From the NCBI GenBank assembly GCA_038245115.1, contig JBBRSS010000006.1, positions 1 through 57,436 of the forward strand: 57,436 nt of DNA. Reading direction: 5' to 3'. Below, piece by piece: positions 41,774 to 50,478 of this stretch. Numbering within the stretch: the stretch's first letter is position 1; the number at the start of each line of letters is the position of its first letter. The translations under genes were made by a program, and so were the position numbers. The stretch is from Candidatus Saccharimonadia bacterium (GTDB taxonomy: Bacteria > Patescibacteriota > Saccharimonadia > UBA4664). The notes under the pieces were generated by a model. It searched no databases, was not told the origin of the DNA, and saw nothing but the letters and a program-made list of their open reading frames with translations.

Positions 41774-42178
41774 ATGAAAGGCATCCAGCCATTGGGCTCG
41801 TTTCGGCGAGCTGTTCGAGAACTTACCAGCGATGTGCTTAGCCAGCGCTTTTTTCATGATCGGCTGTCGATGGCAGTATTGATTGCGGCGGTGGGCGTGA
41901 ACGCGGTGAGTTTGGTGAGTTTGGTTCTGCGGCTGCGCCCAACGGATGGCGAGGTGCCGGTGCACTTTTCGAGTTTTACCTGGTTCGACAGATTGGGCCC
42001 CTGGTATTTTCCGTTTGAGATTGCGGTAGTGTCGATAGGAATCACGGTGATTAATGCGGTGTTTGCGTATCATAGTTTTAACCGGAGCCGGCTGGCGAGC
42101 TTCTTTTTACTGATGACGGCGACAGTAGTGAGTGTATTTGGGTTTATTATTGCGCAAGCGTTTGGGGCGGTGCGATGA
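41774..42178 (+). CDS. Small polytopic membrane protein (first gene of the GT2/WecA operon)
   Basis: ATG 41774 (the ORF track starts at GTG 41738). 3 TM segments. ATGA overlap with the GT2 gene. Confidence 0.6.
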   Translation: MKGIQPLGSFRRAVRELTSDVLSQRFFHDRLSMAVLIAAVGVNAVSLVSLVLRLRPTDGEVPVHFSSFTWFDRLGPWYFPFEIAVVSIGITVINAVFAYHSFNRSRLASFFLLMTATVVSVFGFIIAQAFGAVR

Positions 42179-43869
42179 GTAGCTCCGAAGTGGTCGTGAG
42201 CAAGAATAGGTATTACGACCAGCATTGGTTCACGCGGGCGATGGAGATATTGCCCGGAAGTGTAACTTGGCTGACTTTGTTGTTGCCGATTTTACTGAGC
42301 GTGATGATGCCGATAGCTGTGGCGTATTTCATTATTGCTTATGATTTGTATTGGACGATTAAGTCGTTTCGGATGAGCGGCAACTTGATTCGAGGGTACC
42401 GGCGACTGCATGTGGCCCAGAGTATTGATTGGAATGGGCGGCTTGAGCAGCTACGGCATTTAGACAAGAGCTTACGGCAGTGTGATGATGCGTTGGCAGA
42501 CATGCGGGTGGCACACCCCGGGGTTGAAAATATTTGGAGCCTAGCGGGAAGGAAATTGAAGTCGCAGTATCGCGGTCTGTTGGGTGAAAAAGCGCGGGTG
42601 GCAGATTTGGCGGTGCGGGCCAATGAGATTATGAACCCGACCGAACTTTATCACGCGGTAGTTTTGGCCACATACAACGAATCGATGGATATTTTGTACC
42701 CGTCCGTAAAGACGCTGACGGAAGTAGATTTTCCGTTGAAGCAGATCATGCTGGTGGTAGCCTACGAGGAGAGGGGGGGTCCAGAGACAGAAGCCAACGC
42801 GCATTCGTTGGTGGCGGAGTTTGGTGATAAGTTTGCGATGGCAATTGCCGTGAAGCATCCGGACGGAATGGCGGGTGAGGTGCGCGGTAAAGGTGGCAAC
42901 ATTAGTTACGCCGGTCGGGTACTGACCCAGCAGGTGCGCGAGCGCGGTATTGATCCGGAGCGGGTTATTGTAACTACGTTTGACTCTGATCACCGGGCGG
43001 CAACAAATTACTTTAGTTACTTGTCGTACCTGTACGCTACCGATGTTAATCGGGTGCAACGAAGCTTTCAGCCGATTCCGATGTTCTATAACAATATTTG
43101 GGACGTGCCGGCGCCGATGCGGGTGATTGCCACCGGCAACTCGTTTTGGATGCTCATGGAGACGATGCGGCCGCATCGATTGCGTAATTTTGCAGCACAT
43201 GCGCAGTCGCTGGCGGCGCTGATAGCAACCGATTACTGGAGCGTGACTTCGATCGTGGAGGACGGGCATCAGTTTTGGCGCACATATTTTGTATTTGATG
43301 GCAAACACGAGGTGGTGCCGATATTTACTCCGGTGTACCAAGATGCGGTGCTGGCCGGGACTTATCTGAAGACATTTAAGGTGCAATTTTTGCAGCTGCG
43401 TCGATGGGCGTGGGGGGTGAGCGATTTCCCGTTTGTGGTCCGTAATTCTTTGGCCAACAAAAAGATTCCTTGGGGCAATAAATTGGTGCAAACTGGTCGG
43501 TTGTTTGAATCGCATTTTTCCTGGGCGACAGCGCCGTTGATTTTGACATTCGTGGGTTGGTTGCCGCTGTATCTGAACAAGGGGTTTGCCTACCAATCGT
43601 TGGCGCATAATTTGCCGATTATTACTTCGAGAATCTTAACTTTGGCCTCAATATCGATTGTGGTGAGCATATGCCTAAGCTTAATTTCGTTGCCGCCCAA
43701 GCCGGAGAGGTACCGCAAAACGCGGTTTATCGGCATGCTGGCTCAGTGGGTACTCCTGCCGGTGACTAGTATCTGTTTTGGTGCCCTGGCGGCCCTAAAT
43801 TCGCAAACGCGGTTGATGTTTGGTAAATATCTGGAATTTTATGTGACCGAGAAAGCAACCAAGAAATAA
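42175..43869 (+). CDS. Processive family-2 glycosyltransferase (cellulose/chitin-synthase-like membrane synthase)
   Basis: 564 aa. VLATYNES, TTFDSDH (DxD-like) and FLQLRRWAWG (QxxRW), with TM helices at both ends. Confidence 0.8.
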   Translation: MSSSEVVVSKNRYYDQHWFTRAMEILPGSVTWLTLLLPILLSVMMPIAVAYFIIAYDLYWTIKSFRMSGNLIRGYRRLHVAQSIDWNGRLEQLRHLDKSLRQCDDALADMRVAHPGVENIWSLAGRKLKSQYRGLLGEKARVADLAVRANEIMNPTELYHAVVLATYNESMDILYPSVKTLTEVDFPLKQIMLVVAYEERGGPETEANAHSLVAEFGDKFAMAIAVKHPDGMAGEVRGKGGNISYAGRVLTQQVRERGIDPERVIVTTFDSDHRAATNYFSYLSYLYATDVNRVQRSFQPIPMFYNNIWDVPAPMRVIATGNSFWMLMETMRPHRLRNFAAHAQSLAALIATDYWSVTSIVEDGHQFWRTYFVFDGKHEVVPIFTPVYQDAVLAGTYLKTFKVQFLQLRRWAWGVSDFPFVVRNSLANKKIPWGNKLVQTGRLFESHFSWATAPLILTFVGWLPLYLNKGFAYQSLAHNLPIITSRILTLASISIVVSICLSLISLPPKPERYRKTRFIGMLAQWVLLPVTSICFGALAALNSQTRLMFGKYLEFYVTEKATKK

Positions 43870-44924
43870 TGATGTACTTGCTCGGGTTTGGGTTAGCCTT
43901 CGTATTGAGCGCAGGTTTGACGCCTTGGGTGCGGCGGTATGCCTTGGCACACGGAATTGTGGACCGGCCATCGACGAATCGCAAGATTCATACTCGTGAG
44001 GTGGCTTATTTGGGCGGGGTGGCAATATTTGCCGCGTTCGTGATAGCGGTGATGATATTCTTGCCGATGTCGCGCCAACTGGCGAGTTTGCTGTTGGGCT
44101 GTTTGATTCTGGTGGCGGTGGGGGTGGTGGATGATGTCCGAGATCTGTCGCCAGGGGTGAAGCTGGCGGGCCAGTTTGTGGCGGCGGGAGTGGCCCTGGC
44201 CGGGGGGATCGGGATTACCACGATTACTAATCCGTTTGGTGGGGTGATTGATCTGAGCTGGGGACGGATGAACTTTGAGCTGTTGGGCGCGCAGTTTCAC
44301 ATTACGCCGGTAGCGAATATTTTGAGCTTGTTGTGGATGGTGGGGCTGGCGAACACCATTAATTTTCTGGACGGGCTCGACGGTTTGGCGTGCGGCGTAT
44401 CCGGGATTGCTGCGCTGGTGATGTTCATGGTGGCGGTAGGGCCAAACGTGAATCAGCCGGCGGTGGCGCTGTTGGCAATTATTTTGGCGGGCTCGGCTTT
44501 GGGATTTTTGCCGCACAATTTTTACCCGGCCAAGATATTTATGGGCGATTCCGGGGCGTATTTTTTGGGGCTGACACTGGCAATGCTGTCGATTTACTCT
44601 GGGGCTAAGCTGGCCACGGCCGCTCTGGTACTGGGTTTTCCGATTCTTGATGCCGTTTGGGCAGCGGTGCGGAGAATTTTGAGAGGAGTGTCGCCGTTTT
44701 CGGCTGATCGTCAGCATTTTCATCATTTATTGCTTGATGCGGGGCTGAACCAGCGACAAGCGGTATTGGTGGTGTACTCGGTGGTAGCGGTATTTGGAAT
44801 GGTGGCGCTAACTTCGAGCACGACAATAAAATTAATTGGCTTTGCGGTTTTGGTATGCGTGATGATATTGGCTATGGGCGGGTTGTTTTTGCGGGATCTG
44901 TCGAAACGCCGAAAAAAGTCTTAG
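43869..44924 (+). CDS. Polyprenyl-phosphate N-acetylhexosamine-1-phosphate transferase (MraY/WecA family, GT4)
   Basis: NTINFLDGLDGLA and FMGDSGAYFLG motifs. 351 aa, polytopic. Its start overlaps the GT2 stop by 1 nt (TAATG, shared A at 43869). Confidence 0.85.
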   Translation: MMYLLGFGLAFVLSAGLTPWVRRYALAHGIVDRPSTNRKIHTREVAYLGGVAIFAAFVIAVMIFLPMSRQLASLLLGCLILVAVGVVDDVRDLSPGVKLAGQFVAAGVALAGGIGITTITNPFGGVIDLSWGRMNFELLGAQFHITPVANILSLLWMVGLANTINFLDGLDGLACGVSGIAALVMFMVAVGPNVNQPAVALLAIILAGSALGFLPHNFYPAKIFMGDSGAYFLGLTLAMLSIYSGAKLATAALVLGFPILDAVWAAVRRILRGVSPFSADRQHFHHLLLDAGLNQRQAVLVVYSVVAVFGMVALTSSTTIKLIGFAVLVCVMILAMGGLFLRDLSKRRKKS

Positions 44925-44988
44925 GGAGAAACGAGCTTACCTCCTATGTTTGCTCGGGCGCAGGCGCGGGTGCTAAGATGAGGCAGTA

Positions 44989-45333
44989 ATGAGGGGATAC
45001 CTAATGCAGCCGAAGTACTTACAAGAATTGATCCGCAATCTGCAAGAGTTCTACAAGTGCCCCTCGTGTGAGACGAATTATCATTTTGATGATATACGTT
45101 TTTTGGGCGATATAGATCTATATTGCTTCGTGCAGTTGTCGTGCCATAATTGCTCGTTGCCCGTACTGGCAACGGTATCGGTGAACGGTAAGAACGGGGG
45201 TAAGCGCAAGTCTGATTTGCGCCAGAGCGAAGAAGCCAAATTCGCCTCCAAGGGAGCCATTACAGCAAGCGAGATCGCAGAGTTTCACCGCTGGGTGTCA
45301 AAGTCTAAGACTTTCGTGAAAAAAGGTAAATAA
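44989..45333 (+). CDS. Zinc-ribbon-like hypothetical protein
   Basis: CPSCETNYHF...CHNCSLPV (two CxxC pairs). 114 aa (alternative start ATG 45004). Confidence 0.5.
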   Translation: MRGYLMQPKYLQELIRNLQEFYKCPSCETNYHFDDIRFLGDIDLYCFVQLSCHNCSLPVLATVSVNGKNGGKRKSDLRQSEEAKFASKGAITASEIAEFHRWVSKSKTFVKKGK

Positions 45334-45362
45334 CAAGTTAATTTCGGATAAAGGATGTAACG

Positions 45363-46049
45363 ATGGATATGATTGAGCTGGTTGCCGAAAAACGCACCGA
45401 CACAGGTAAGAAAAATAAGCTACTGCGCGCCGCTGGCAAAGTGCCGGCCGTGGTTTATGGCAATGGGGTGGCTTCGGAGTCACTCGAGCTAGACGGCAAA
45501 ACGATTGAGAAGATTTACCGGACGGCCGGCGGTAACAAGATTGTGGCGCTCAAGGTTGGCGCGGGCAAGGCGAGGAACGTACTTATTCACGACGTACAGC
45601 ACAGCAGTGCGCGCGGTGAAATAACTCACGTGGACTTTTATATTGTGCGTATGGACGAAGTGCTTACGGCCGAAGTGCCATTGCACTACGCGGGCGAATC
45701 GAACGCCGTGTTCCAGGGTGAAGGTACATTGATGAAGGGCTTCGAGATGATCGAGGTAGAATGTCTGCCGGGCGACCTGCCGCAGTCGATTGAGGTTGAT
45801 ATTGCCGTACTGGATGACTTTGAGAAGGTAATTACGCTGGCCGATTTGAATTTGCCCAAGGGCGTGAAGTTTGTGGAAGAAGATTTGACGGTACTGGTAG
45901 CGAAAGTGGAGCCGCCGCGGTCTGACGAAGAAATGGCTGAGCTGGATGAAGCCGTTGAGGGCGGAGTACCGGAGAGCGCCATGGAAGAGGACCCGATTGT
46001 GGTGTCGGAAGAGAACGAAGGTGACAAGGATCGCCGCGAGAAGAAATAG
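45363..46049 (+). CDS. rplY: 50S ribosomal protein L25 / general stress protein Ctc form
   Basis: LVAEKRTDTGKKNKLLRAAGKVPAVVYGNG...ITHVDFY plus an acidic C-terminal tail. 228 aa. Confidence 0.85.
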   Translation: MDMIELVAEKRTDTGKKNKLLRAAGKVPAVVYGNGVASESLELDGKTIEKIYRTAGGNKIVALKVGAGKARNVLIHDVQHSSARGEITHVDFYIVRMDEVLTAEVPLHYAGESNAVFQGEGTLMKGFEMIEVECLPGDLPQSIEVDIAVLDDFEKVITLADLNLPKGVKFVEEDLTVLVAKVEPPRSDEEMAELDEAVEGGVPESAMEEDPIVVSEENEGDKDRREKK

Positions 46050-46067
46050 TTAATTTCTCAATTTGAA

Positions 46068-46096
46068 TAAAAACGGGCTTTCGGGCTCGTTTTTAT
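46068..46096 (+). terminator. Rho-independent terminator after rplY
   Basis: aacgggc-tttcgg-gctcgtt stem (one G-U pair), then TTTTTATTT. Confidence 0.6.
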
Positions 46097-46157
46097 TTGG
46101 TATAATCGGGTTTGCCTCGAGAGTCGGGGGAGTTTACTCGACCGAGAGGGGTCGGCA

Positions 46158-46685
46158 ATGAATAATCCGCAACATGGTCGCAGAAGTGGCAGCCTTGTTA
46201 GCAAGATATTTAACACTGCCTCTGAATCGCACGACGGCTGGCTTCAGGCCATTTCAACCCTGAATCCTCGGTTTCGGGAATGGCGGTTGGACAGGTCGGG
46301 GCTGAGGCAGGAGCTTCGTGACTTACCCGAGGAGCAGCGGATTGTTCACCGGAGCTTGTGGCAAGAGCGTGCAGTTTGGCTTGAGCTGGCCATAATCACC
46401 CTAGGGGAAGTTCTCGGGTGGTGGGCTGGTTTTGGGTGGTTGGCGCGTCTCTGGTTGGTGGCAGTTTTTGCTGGCTTTCTGGTGGTTGAGCCCGCAAACA
46501 CAATGATCGAGTGGCTGATTGACCAGTATCAGGCAATCATTGAGGGAGGGCTGGAGGACAATGTTTTTGTGAAGCTCATCAAGCATGTGGCTTCGGCACC
46601 AACCTTAGTCCTCAACTTGGTGGGGTTGGCTGGCTGGATATTCTTTATGATCTGGCCGAGTACATACTTGGTAATGCTGAGGTGA
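46158..46685 (+). CDS. Hypothetical membrane protein
   Basis: 175 aa. Trp-rich TM region (VLGWWAGFGWLARLWLVAVFAGFLVV) and a C-terminal TM. Confidence 0.55.
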   Translation: MNNPQHGRRSGSLVSKIFNTASESHDGWLQAISTLNPRFREWRLDRSGLRQELRDLPEEQRIVHRSLWQERAVWLELAIITLGEVLGWWAGFGWLARLWLVAVFAGFLVVEPANTMIEWLIDQYQAIIEGGLEDNVFVKLIKHVASAPTLVLNLVGLAGWIFFMIWPSTYLVMLR

Positions 46686-46710
46686 GGCGTCTTGCCTGCT
46701 TCTGCCCGTG

Positions 46711-46749
46711 GCCTGCCCCGTGTGCTCAGCTGAGTACTGCGGGGCAGGC
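46711..46749. terminator. Bidirectional hairpin between convergent genes
   Basis: 10-bp stem gcctgccccg/cggggcaggc. Confidence 0.55.
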
Positions 46750-46751
46750 CC

Positions 46752-47195
46752 TTAGTAATTTTTGAGCTGGCGTTTGAGCTCGGATTTGGAGCGTAGGTCG
46801 GCGTGGGAGGCGAGATAGCGCAGGAAAGCTGAGGTATCGAAATGCTTGAGCGTGGTGAGAATTATGGTAGCGATTTGATCCGGAGTAATAATGGGGGCTT
46901 TGAGGTCGAGGAGCTTGCTTTCGACGGTGTCGGTGACGGCATCGACGGTGGTTGAGCTCGACTTGGCGGGTTCGAAGGCAGCTGCGATGGTGGAGTATAG
47001 CCTAGCGCGGCTGTACGGTCGTTGTGAGCCGTCTTGAGCCCTAATATGGATGAATCCTAGGTCCACGGCTTCGTACGTCGTGAAAGCCTCGTGGCAGCTG
47101 AGGCAGCGCCGCCGCCGCCAGAGTTGGGTGGCAAATTTGGTGGCACGAGTGTTGTAGACTTCGGTCTGGTTGGATCGGCAAAACGGACATTTCAT
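46752..47195 (-). CDS. nrdR: Transcriptional repressor NrdR
   Basis: MKCPFCRSNQTEVYNTR...RRRRCLSCHEAFTTYE zinc ribbon plus an ATP-cone. 147 aa. Confidence 0.9.
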   Translation of the reverse strand: MKCPFCRSNQTEVYNTRATKFATQLWRRRRCLSCHEAFTTYEAVDLGFIHIRAQDGSQRPYSRARLYSTIAAAFEPAKSSSTTVDAVTDTVESKLLDLKAPIITPDQIATIILTTLKHFDTSAFLRYLASHADLRSKSELKRQLKNY

Positions 47196-47356
47196 GACTA
47201 CATGTTGTCATATGACTGTTAATAATGCCAGGGGATAACTATTCGGAAATTGGGGAAAAGTATCATTAGGGCTTGTTGGTATCGAGAAGTCCTACTACAA
47301 TACGGCCTTATAGAAGCGTCGAAAATGGTTATACAGAATATTTATTTGGGAGAGCT

Positions 47357-47911
47357 ATGTTAGACACGACTGGTCTGGTAATTGTGATGGTTGGTCCGCC
47401 GAATGCCGGCAAGGGGACTCAGGTAGAGCTATTGGCGGAGCACTTGCAGGCTGTACATTTTTCGGTTGGAGACCTATTGAGGACGGAAAATAATCCCGAC
47501 ATTATGGGTTATTTGAATGAGGGCGGGTTAGTTCCCTCGGATCATATTCGTGAGCTGTTGTTGCAGGCGATTTCCAACGTGCCATTGGAGCAGCCGATTG
47601 TGTTTGATGGAGCTAAGAAGCTGGCTGAGGCGCAATGGTTGGTGGACTTTTTACCAACCGTTGGCCGGCGTCTAGAGCGTGTTATTTCGCTGGTTCTAGA
47701 TGAGGCTGAAGCTCGCAAGCGCAGTGCCAAGAGGGCTAGCGGTAGGCCGGATGATGCTCCTGAGCTGCAGGGCAAGCGGTGGAGGATGTACCATGAGGGT
47801 GTAGTGCCGGCATTGGATTTTTATCGTAGCCGGGGATTGTTAGTTGAGGTCGATGCATTGGGATCGGTGGATGAAGTCGCTGAGCGGGTTTGGCAAGTCT
47901 TGGCGGCATGA
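47357..47911 (+). CDS. adk: Adenylate kinase (short, LID-less type)
   Basis: ATG 47357 gives MLDTTGLVIVMVGPPNAGKGTQVELLAEHL (P-loop GxPxxGKGT). 184 aa. Confidence 0.75.
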   Translation: MLDTTGLVIVMVGPPNAGKGTQVELLAEHLQAVHFSVGDLLRTENNPDIMGYLNEGGLVPSDHIRELLLQAISNVPLEQPIVFDGAKKLAEAQWLVDFLPTVGRRLERVISLVLDEAEARKRSAKRASGRPDDAPELQGKRWRMYHEGVVPALDFYRSRGLLVEVDALGSVDEVAERVWQVLAA

Positions 47912-48492
47912 GTGGCCGGCGGATCGGGTTGCTCACGGGTACGTTTGACCCTATACATCTGGGGCACATTGCTATGGCTAGGGCGGCGCAGGGTGCCTGT
48001 GAGCTTGATGAGGTGTGGTTCCTGGTAAACCCCGCTCCGGCGCACAAGAGCGGCGTGACGGCGCTTCAGGACCGCGTGGCGATGGCGCGGTTGGCGGTGG
48101 CGGGCGAACCGGCGATGAGGGTGGGGGTGCCGGATGGCGATGCGGAGCTGGCGACGCACACGATGGCCGAGTTTGGGCGGCTGATGGATAGGTATCCGGA
48201 TACGGAGTTTGTCTTTATTGTGGGAATTGATGTGCTGGGGTCGCTTCAGGGCTGGGAAGACGCCGAGCGGGTGCGCGAGCTGAGCTTTGCTGTGGCGCGG
48301 CGGCGGGGGTTTTCGGAGATAGCGCTGGATAAGCGTTTGCGGGTGCAATGGTTTGATCTGGCCGAGCATGCCGAGGCGTCTTCGCGTCGGGTGCAGGCTG
48401 ATTTGCGGGCTGGTGAGCGGCCGGTCGAGCTTGATGATGGGGTGCTTGAGTATGTTCGGGAGCGGGGGTTGTACGGGGCGAAGGCGAGCTAG
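47908..48492 (+). CDS. nadD: Nicotinate-nucleotide adenylyltransferase
   Basis: IGLLTGTFDPIHLGHIAMA ((H/T)xGH motif). ATGA overlap with adk. Confidence 0.8.
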   Translation: MSGRRIGLLTGTFDPIHLGHIAMARAAQGACELDEVWFLVNPAPAHKSGVTALQDRVAMARLAVAGEPAMRVGVPDGDAELATHTMAEFGRLMDRYPDTEFVFIVGIDVLGSLQGWEDAERVRELSFAVARRRGFSEIALDKRLRVQWFDLAEHAEASSRRVQADLRAGERPVELDDGVLEYVRERGLYGAKAS

Positions 48493-48633
48493 GCTGAAAT
48501 GTGTACGATTGTGATGTATTTTTTACTACGAAAACAGCTAATTTTTCGGGTAGTGACGCCCGAACTTATTGCGGTTAAGGCCGAGGGTAGCTAGTAGCTA
48601 GAAATTACTCCCTTTTTGGGTAGTATTTTTTAG

Positions 48634-48647
48634 AGACTAATTTCGTG
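48634..48647. promoter_or_regulatory. Partial copy of the conserved module (AGACTAATTTCG)
   Basis: agactaatttcgtg at 48634-48647. A more degenerate copy (cagctaatttttcgggt) lies at 48533-48549. Confidence 0.4.
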
Positions 48648-48745
48648 TAAGTAGTAATCCCCGGGTGGCGGCGTGGGGGAATTTTTGCTTGTGCTTGCGT
48701 TCGGTATACGTTCGGTATAGTATCGAGAGCGAAGGGGCTCGAACT

Positions 48746-49006
48746 ATGCGCGAAGAATGCGACGAGACGGTGAGCGTGCTGGCATCATTTGCGCCGGGGC
48801 CGCGGGGCGCGATGCGCGTGATCCCGCACGTGATGAAGTGGCGAGGCAGGCGCTGGAAGCTGACTACTATGGGGCTGTATCACCCGGAGCGGCGGGGTGC
48901 TAAGCGCGTGCATATTTTTAGCTTTTCGGCGGACGAGACGGCGTTTCGGGTGGAGCTGGATCCGGACACGCTGGAGTGGAAGCTCAAGGAGGTGTTTTAT
49001 GGGTAA
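48746..49006 (+). CDS. Small hypothetical protein upstream of the Y-family polymerase
   Basis: ATG 48746 (the ORF track starts at GTG 48665). 86 aa, GC-rich. No motif recognised. Confidence 0.5.
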   Translation: MREECDETVSVLASFAPGPRGAMRVIPHVMKWRGRRWKLTTMGLYHPERRGAKRVHIFSFSADETAFRVELDPDTLEWKLKEVFYG

Positions 49007-49010
49007 TAAA

Positions 49011-49126
49011 AACCCTTTAGCTTGCGCCTTTCTGCGTCGAAGCTTGCGCTCCGCACTCGGCGTACGTCTGAGTACGCCTCGTTTGCGGTGCTCGCTTCTC
49101 CTTGAAATCCATCAAGCTAACGGGTT
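49011..49126 (+). other. ~116-nt nested imperfect hairpin (possible structured RNA or REP-like element)
   Basis: Outer stem aaccctttagcttg/caagctaacgggtt, middle pairings gaagc/gcttc and ccgca/tgcgg, apical stem ggcgtac/gtacgcc. Confidence 0.4.
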
Positions 49127-49143
49127 CTTAAGGCAGGTGTCTT

Positions 49144-50427
49144 ATGGAGCTTAAAATCAACCCGGAGCCGGCCGAGGTGATGCACATTGATCTGAATTCG
49201 GCGTTTGCTATGACGGAGCAGCAGGCGAATCCGTTGCTGCGGGGGCGGCCGGTGGGGGTCACGAACCGGCTGAATGATTACGCCATTTGCATAGCGGCGT
49301 CGTATGAGGCTAAGCGGCTGGGGATCAATTTGGGCACGCGTAACGGCGAGGCGCGGCAGGTGGCGCCGGATTTTGTGATGTGCGAGAGCGACGCGGCCAA
49401 GTATCAGCACGTGAATAAGCAGATGCAGGCGATATTTGCGAGCTATTCGCCGAGTTTTGCGATGAAGTCGATCGACGAGGGAATTATAGATTTTCGGGGG
49501 ATGCGGGGATTGCTGAAAGGGCGATCGTTGGAGGATGTGGGGCGGGAGATTAAGCAACGGATACGCGAGGAGGTGGGGGAGTACATGAGCGTGAACGTGG
49601 GGATCGGGCAGAACCGGTGGCTGGCCAAGGTGGCGGCGGGGTTTATGAAGCCGGACGGTCTGTACCAGATAGACGGGAGCAATTTGGAGGCGGTGTACGG
49701 CTTCATGAATTTGGTGGAGCTGCCGTACATTAAGCGGCGGATGGAGCGGCGGCTCAACGATGCGGGGATATTTACGACGCTGGAATTTTACCGGGCTTCT
49801 GAGGCGGTGCTGAGCAAACAGGTGTTTCGGAGCGTGAACGGGCATCATTGGTACCTGAAGCTGCGGGGGTATGAGACCGAGGTGGAGTATGGCATTCGCA
49901 CGGTGGGGCGAAGCTATGTGCTGGAGCACCGGACGTCTGATCCCGAGGAGATGGCGACGCTGCTGTATAAGGCTTGCGCCAAGGTGGCGCGGCGGCTGCA
50001 TCACAATAATCTGGCGGCGCGGGGGTTTATGCTGTGGCTTGGCTACGTTAGGGAGCCGGAATGGGGGGCGCATCGGGGTTGGAATGGGCCGCGGGGGTGG
50101 CACGAGCGCAAGATGTACCAGACGAGTGCCCATCGTGCCGACCAGCTGTATGGCCGGGCGATGGAGTTGTATAGGCACGCGCGCGAGCAGTGGCCCGACC
50201 GGGTGGTGAGTTCGCTGGCGATGACGGCTTATGAGGTAGAGCCGGTGAAGTCGGATCAGCTGTATTTGTGGGAGAGCGAGGATGCTAGGCAGGACCGCCT
50301 GGAAGATGCACTGAACACACTAAATGATCGATACGGCGAATTGCGTGTGATGCCGGCAGCCGTGATGAAGAGTAAGAACCCTATGGTAGATAAGATCCCG
50401 TTTGGGACGGTGAGGTATTTTGAATAA
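49144..50427 (+). CDS. dinB: Y-family DNA polymerase (DinB/Pol IV-like)
   Basis: MHIDLNSAFAMTEQ (the DxxxFxA region), the catalytic MKSIDEGIID (SIDE) motif, and NRWLAKVAAG. 427 aa. Confidence 0.85.
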   Translation: MELKINPEPAEVMHIDLNSAFAMTEQQANPLLRGRPVGVTNRLNDYAICIAASYEAKRLGINLGTRNGEARQVAPDFVMCESDAAKYQHVNKQMQAIFASYSPSFAMKSIDEGIIDFRGMRGLLKGRSLEDVGREIKQRIREEVGEYMSVNVGIGQNRWLAKVAAGFMKPDGLYQIDGSNLEAVYGFMNLVELPYIKRRMERRLNDAGIFTTLEFYRASEAVLSKQVFRSVNGHHWYLKLRGYETEVEYGIRTVGRSYVLEHRTSDPEEMATLLYKACAKVARRLHHNNLAARGFMLWLGYVREPEWGAHRGWNGPRGWHERKMYQTSAHRADQLYGRAMELYRHAREQWPDRVVSSLAMTAYEVEPVKSDQLYLWESEDARQDRLEDALNTLNDRYGELRVMPAAVMKSKNPMVDKIPFGTVRYFE

Positions 50428-50431
50428 AAAA

Positions 50432-50456
50432 GCAGCCCCAATGTACCTGGGGCTGC
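50432..50456. terminator. Hairpin terminator between convergent dinB and the four-helix-bundle gene
   Basis: 9-bp stem gcagcccca/tggggctgc. The A6 on the left gives a U-tract for the minus-strand transcript. Confidence 0.6.
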
Positions 50457-50478
50457 TCGAGGTTTGTTGTGGAATTTA

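Noticed and set aside
41515-41784. 89-aa minus-strand ORF
   Set aside because: It contains the 43-bp conserved module and the extended -10 element within its 5' half. At best a 43-codon remnant starting at 41646 is left, and it has no similarity to anything recognised.
42541-44726. Long minus-strand ORFs (42541-43608, 43893-44726) antisense to the GT2 and WecA-like genes
   Set aside because: The plus-strand genes carry clear family motifs (QxxRW, NxxNxxDGxDGL). The antisense translations are Arg/His/Gln/Pro-rich and low-complexity.
47196-47356. NrdR-box-like palindromes in the nrdR-adk spacer
   Set aside because: No convincing 16-bp NrdR-box-type palindrome was found by eye, and no nrd genes are in the window.
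49117-50178. 353-aa minus-strand ORF antisense to dinB, and similar shadows at 12195-13043 (pilT/pilC) and 37958-38545
   Set aside because: These are shadow ORFs of GC-rich or well-supported sense genes. They have no motifs and extreme Pro/Arg/His content.
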